Shown here in pieces: positions 61,122 to 64,000 of a stretch of DNA of 64,000 bases. Numbering within the stretch: the first letter of the stretch is position 1; every line of letters begins with the position of its first letter. Origin of the DNA: an uncultured Chloroflexia bacterium (lineage in GTDB: Bacteria; Chloroflexota; Limnocylindria; Limnocylindrales; CSP1-4); assembly GCA_963712585.1 (NCBI GenBank), contig CAVQIH010000012.1, forward strand, positions 138,210 to 202,209, read 5' to 3'. Below the pieces are notes generated by a model. It made no database searches, was not told the DNA's origin, and saw only the letters and a program-made list of their open reading frames with translations. Made by a program: the position numbers and the translations under genes.

Positions 61122-62161
61122 GTGTCGACCGACCGAACCCCCGAACCAGCCGAGCCGTTGGTGGCCTTGGCCGCGGCCGCGCGGGCCCTCGCCCGGAACG
61201 ACGACCTCGACCGCGTCCTCGCCGAGCTGCTCTCGATCCTGGCTCACTGGAGTCGGGTCGATCGGGCGGCCGTCGTTCTCCTCGAGGAGCCTCCCAGCCG
61301 CCTGATCCCGACCGCCGCGCTGGGGTCAGCCTCGGCGAGTTGCCTGCGCTCGAGATCGAGCCGGGCGAGGCCGCTGGGATCGCGGACGCCATCGCTCGGC
61401 GCGAGCCGACGACGACAACCGTTGGGTCGGGGGCGGCGGCCCACGTGCTGGCGGCACTGGGACTCACGACGGCCAGCCTGGTCCCCCTCGTGGTGGAACG
61501 GGCCGGTATGGAGCTCGTGGCCGGAGTGCTCATTGCCGGGCGCCTCGACGGGACGGCCGTCGAGCGGTCGGACTTGCCGCTGCTCGGCGCCATCGCCGAC
61601 CTGGCCGCCGTTGCCGTCGAGCGTGCCCGGACCGAGGCCTCCCTGACCGAGCGCTCCGAGTGGTACGAGCGGCTCGCCCACCTCGATCCGCTCACCGGCC
61701 TCGCCAACCGGCGGACCTTCGACCGGGTCCTGGAGCTGGAGATCGCCCGCGCCGGTCGCCAGGCAGGCGACCTCTCGATCGCCGCCTTCGCCGTCGACGA
61801 TCCGGCCGGTTCGGGGGCCGATACGCCCGCGGCGGATCAGGCCCTGCGGGTCGTCGGCTCGGCGCTTGCCGAGTCGGTGCGTTTCGTCGACACGGTCGCC
61901 CGCCTCGATGGCGGCAAGTTCGCGGTGATCGCTCCGGGAGCCGGCGGCGTGGCGGTTGCCCGTCGCGTCCTGGCGGCGATTGCGGCGCTGGCGCCGATCG
62001 AGGGATGGCAACCGAGCGTCTCGTCCGGGGTGGCCCACTTCCCGACCGATGGGACGACGGCAAACGCCCTGCTCGAGGCAGCCACCCAGGCTCTCAGTTC
62101 CGCCCGTACGGAAGGGACGGGCCAGATCGCGGAGGCGTCGCCGGCGCACAGCGGGGCGTGA
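61122..62161 (+). pseudogene. GAF-domain protein with a degenerate GGDEF domain; one frameshift near 61328
   Basis: The N-terminal GAF-like part is in ORF 61122-61646 up to ..RLIPTAALG. It continues in ORF 60935-62161 (SLGELPALEIEPGEAAGIADA..). The GGDEF-domain entry is HLDPLTGLANRRTF, but the signature reads RLDGGKFAVIAPG and the metal/substrate region reads FAVDDPAGSGADTPAAD. Confidence 0.7.
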
Positions 62162-62218
62162 GACGCCACTGCGGATCCTCGCCCGGGGCCCCACGCTGGG
62201 CCGTCCGGCGCTGACTCA

Positions 62219-62890
62219 TCACGCCGGTGCGCGATCGGCCTCGAGGCTCGCCAGGACAGCCTGCCGAAGTCGCTCGGCGACGACCTCCGGCGGCGCGTCG
62301 GACGGAACGAGGCGCCAGCGCTCGGGCTCGGCCCGGGCGAGCTCGAGGAAGCCCTGCCGAACGCGGCCGTGGAACTCCGTGGCGAAGGCTCGACCCGCTT
62401 CGAAGCGCGTGACCTCCTGGGCGGGGCCCCGGCTTCGCCGGGCCAGGCCGACCTCAGCCGGCAGGTCCAGGAGCAGAGTAAGGTCGGGCCGCAGGCCACC
62501 CGTCGCCAGCGCCTGGAGACTCCGCAGTGCGGCCAGGTCGAGGCCGCTTCCGTAACCCTGGTAGGCGAGGGTCGAATCGGCGAACCGGTCGCACACGACG
62601 ATCTCGCCGCGGTCGAGCGCCGGGCGGATGACTTCGGCGATCAGCTGGGCCCGGGCAGCGTTGAACAGGAGGGCGTCCGTCAGCGGGGCGTGCTGCGCCT
62701 CGCGGGCTTCCAGCAGCACCGCCCGGATCCGTTCGCCGACGGCGGTCCCGCCCGGTTCCCGCGTCAGCGTCACCGCCCACCCGAGGGTGCGGAGGCTGGC
62801 CGCCAGGCGCGCGGCCTGGGTCGACTTGCCCGAGCCGTCGGGCCCCTCGATGGTGATGAAGCGGCCGCCCTGAATCGTTCGCGGGTCCAT
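62219..62890 (-). CDS. tmk: Thymidylate kinase
   Basis: This is an intact 223-aa ORF. Recognisable blocks are FITIEGPDGSGKSTQ, TREPGGT, DRFADSTLAYQG and LPDLTLLLD. Confidence 0.9.
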   Translation of the reverse strand: MDPRTIQGGRFITIEGPDGSGKSTQAARLAASLRTLGWAVTLTREPGGTAVGERIRAVLLEAREAQHAPLTDALLFNAARAQLIAEVIRPALDRGEIVVCDRFADSTLAYQGYGSGLDLAALRSLQALATGGLRPDLTLLLDLPAEVGLARRSRGPAQEVTRFEAGRAFATEFHGRVRQGFLELARAEPERWRLVPSDAPPEVVAERLRQAVLASLEADRAPA

Positions 62891-62984
62891 CGTCGGCCGA
62901 GTCTAGCGCGACCTGCCCAGCGCCGGTTCGCTCGCACCGCCATCCCCGCTGCGTATCGAGCGGCGCCGCGAGCCGCCCGGGGCA

Positions 62985-63080
62985 TCAGTGCGGGCCCGAG
63001 CTCAGGAGCACCGCGAACACGAGCAGCGAGCCCAGGATCAGCAGGCCTGCCGTCGCGCGGAACAGGGACCTGGCGCTCAA
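62985..63080 (-). CDS. Possible 31-aa hydrophobic micro-ORF downstream of hypE
   Basis: The TTG start is preceded by GAGGTG at a 5-nt spacing. The translation is LSARSLFRATAGLLILGSLLVFAVLLSSGPH. There is no other support. Confidence 0.2.
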   Translation of the reverse strand: MSARSLFRATAGLLILGSLLVFAVLLSSGPH

Positions 63081-63248
63081 TGGCGCACCTCGTGCGGGCG
63101 GATCCGGCGCCGGCCTTCGGGCGCGGACCCGTCACCTGGGATACCCGTCGGGCGCGCGAAAGGTTCGCTCCTGGGGGCAGAAGGGACGGGGCCGAGCTGG
63201 TGGCGCGGCGCACGCGGCCAGGCTCGGCCGCCTTGTCGAGCCTCGGCC

Positions 63249-64000
63249 TCAGCAGATGCGGGGCAGCTGCTCTCCCACGAGCATGTCCACGATCCGCTCG
63301 GACCCGACGAGCGTCCGGATCGTGACCGTCCCCGGGTGGTCGGCCACGACCGTGCCGATCTGGACGGCTTCGGCGCCTTCGGGCAGCGAACGAAGAGCGG
63401 CGAGGGCCGCCACCTCGTCGGCCGCGGGCACGATCGCGACGCAGACCCCCTCGTTGGCGACGTGGAACGGGTCGAGACCGAGCATCTCGCAGGCGGCCCG
63501 AACGGGACCGGGAATCGCGATGGCGGCCTCGTCGAGGACGATCCCGACCCCAGACGATCCGGCGATCTCGTTCAGCGCCGAGGAGAGTCCGCCGCGCGTC
63601 GGGTCGCGCAGGACGTGGACGTCCGGTGAGGCCGACACGAGTTCGGCGACGAGCGCGGCGAGCGGCCGGGTGTCCGAGGCGATCTCGACCTCGAACTCGA
63701 GCCCTTCTCGAACGCTCATGATGGCCACCCCGTGGAGGCCGATCGGCGCGGACAGGAGGACCACATCGCCGGGGCGCGCCCGATCGGCCGATGGAGCGAC
63801 GCCCGCAGGCACGAGGCCGATCCCGGAGGTGTTCACGAAGAGCCGGTCCGCGGCGCCGCGGCCAACGACCTTCGTGTCACCGGTCACGATCCGCACCCCG
63901 GCGCGGTTCGCCGCCGCTGCCGCCCCAGCCGTGATCCGGCCGAGCTCGTCGAAGGAAAGCCCCTCCTCGATGACGTAGGCCAGCGAAATCGCCAGGGGAC
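63249..64000 (-). CDS. hypE: [NiFe]-hydrogenase maturation protein HypE, 3' part (5' end beyond the window)
   Basis: The PurM-like C-terminal domain reads TGDTKVV..LFVNTSGIG..ASDTRPLA..RDPTRGGL.. and ends in the hallmark C-terminal PRIC. The frame stays open to position 64000. Confidence 0.85.
   Translation of the reverse strand, partial: PLAISLAYVIEEGLSFDELGRITAGAAAAANRAGVRIVTGDTKVVGRGAADRLFVNTSGIGLVPAGVAPSADRARPGDVVLLSAPIGLHGVAIMSVREGLEFEVEIASDTRPLAALVAELVSASPDVHVLRDPTRGGLSSALNEIAGSSGVGIVLDEAAIAIPGPVRAACEMLGLDPFHVANEGVCVAIVPAADEVAALAALRSLPEGAEAVQIGTVVADHPGTVTIRTLVGSERIVDMLVGEQLPRIC

Noticed and set aside
1-64000. I searched for tRNA, rRNA, CRISPR arrays, transposases, integrases, phage genes and toxin-antitoxin or known defence modules.
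   Set aside because: I saw no T-loop-like GGTTCGAATCC-type strings, no regularly spaced repeats beyond the three short tandem repeats reported, and no recombinase, transposase or nuclease-type ORFs. RadC here is the housekeeping copy in its conserved radC-mreBC context.

Overview
This is a 64-kb chromosomal window from a very GC-rich bacterium (by eye over 70% GC). The gene content looks Actinomycetota-like: GuaB3, UPF0182, DUF3048, Ppm1, a DDN-like deazaflavin protein and KdpF. The taxon is an inference only. I found no rRNA, tRNA, CRISPR array, transposase or integrase.

Gene order, left to right:
- 1-8.7 kb: a kdp potassium-pump locus. KdpD is split into two genes, there are two response regulators, and two 29-codon micro-ORFs lie upstream of kdpA.
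- 8.7-13.1 kb: rdgB, rph, mazG and a parvulin PPIase.
- 13.1-18.1 kb: glycan locus A, with a nucleotide-sugar dehydrogenase, a GT4 glycosyltransferase, and divergent Wzm/Wzt ABC-2 exporter genes.
- 18.1-26.7 kb: a carbohydrate-utilisation island. It holds a clan GH-A hydrolase, two permeases and a binding protein of a sugar ABC transporter, a HutC/GntR regulator, a GH4 6-phospho-glycosidase and a ROK kinase.
- 26.7-36.4 kb: glycan locus B. It has three tandem GT4 paralogs plus a five-gene WbpA/B/E/D/I-type set for a UDP-2,3-diacetamido-2,3-dideoxy-uronic acid.
- 36.5-45.5 kb: an envelope block. It holds a tail-anchored protein built of 15-residue repeats, DUF3048, Ppm1, a 1243-aa GH18/SH3/FlgD-Ig protein, and a second large secreted protein with a possible clan-CD peptidase fold.
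- 45.6-64 kb: housekeeping genes. These are mreC, mreB, radC, a CPBP protease, a zinc-ribbon membrane protein, UPF0182, guaA, guaB3, NUDIX, darA, a degenerate GAF-GGDEF, tmk and the hypE 3' part.

Main caveat and main finding: the block from about 9.8 to 36.3 kb is riddled with frameshifts. Essentially every gene there must be read in several frames. The flanks carry only isolated frameshifts: kdpB near 4185, and positions near 43945, 52075, 60630 and 61328. Many long ORFs in the supplied track are therefore chimeric or antisense shadows.

Other leads:
- the split-KdpD architecture
- the 15-residue repeat protein
- the paired large surface proteins
- a roughly 150-nt nested inverted repeat between NUDIX and guaB3, a candidate structured RNA
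- a degenerate GGDEF gene interrupting the conserved tmk-darA neighbourhood
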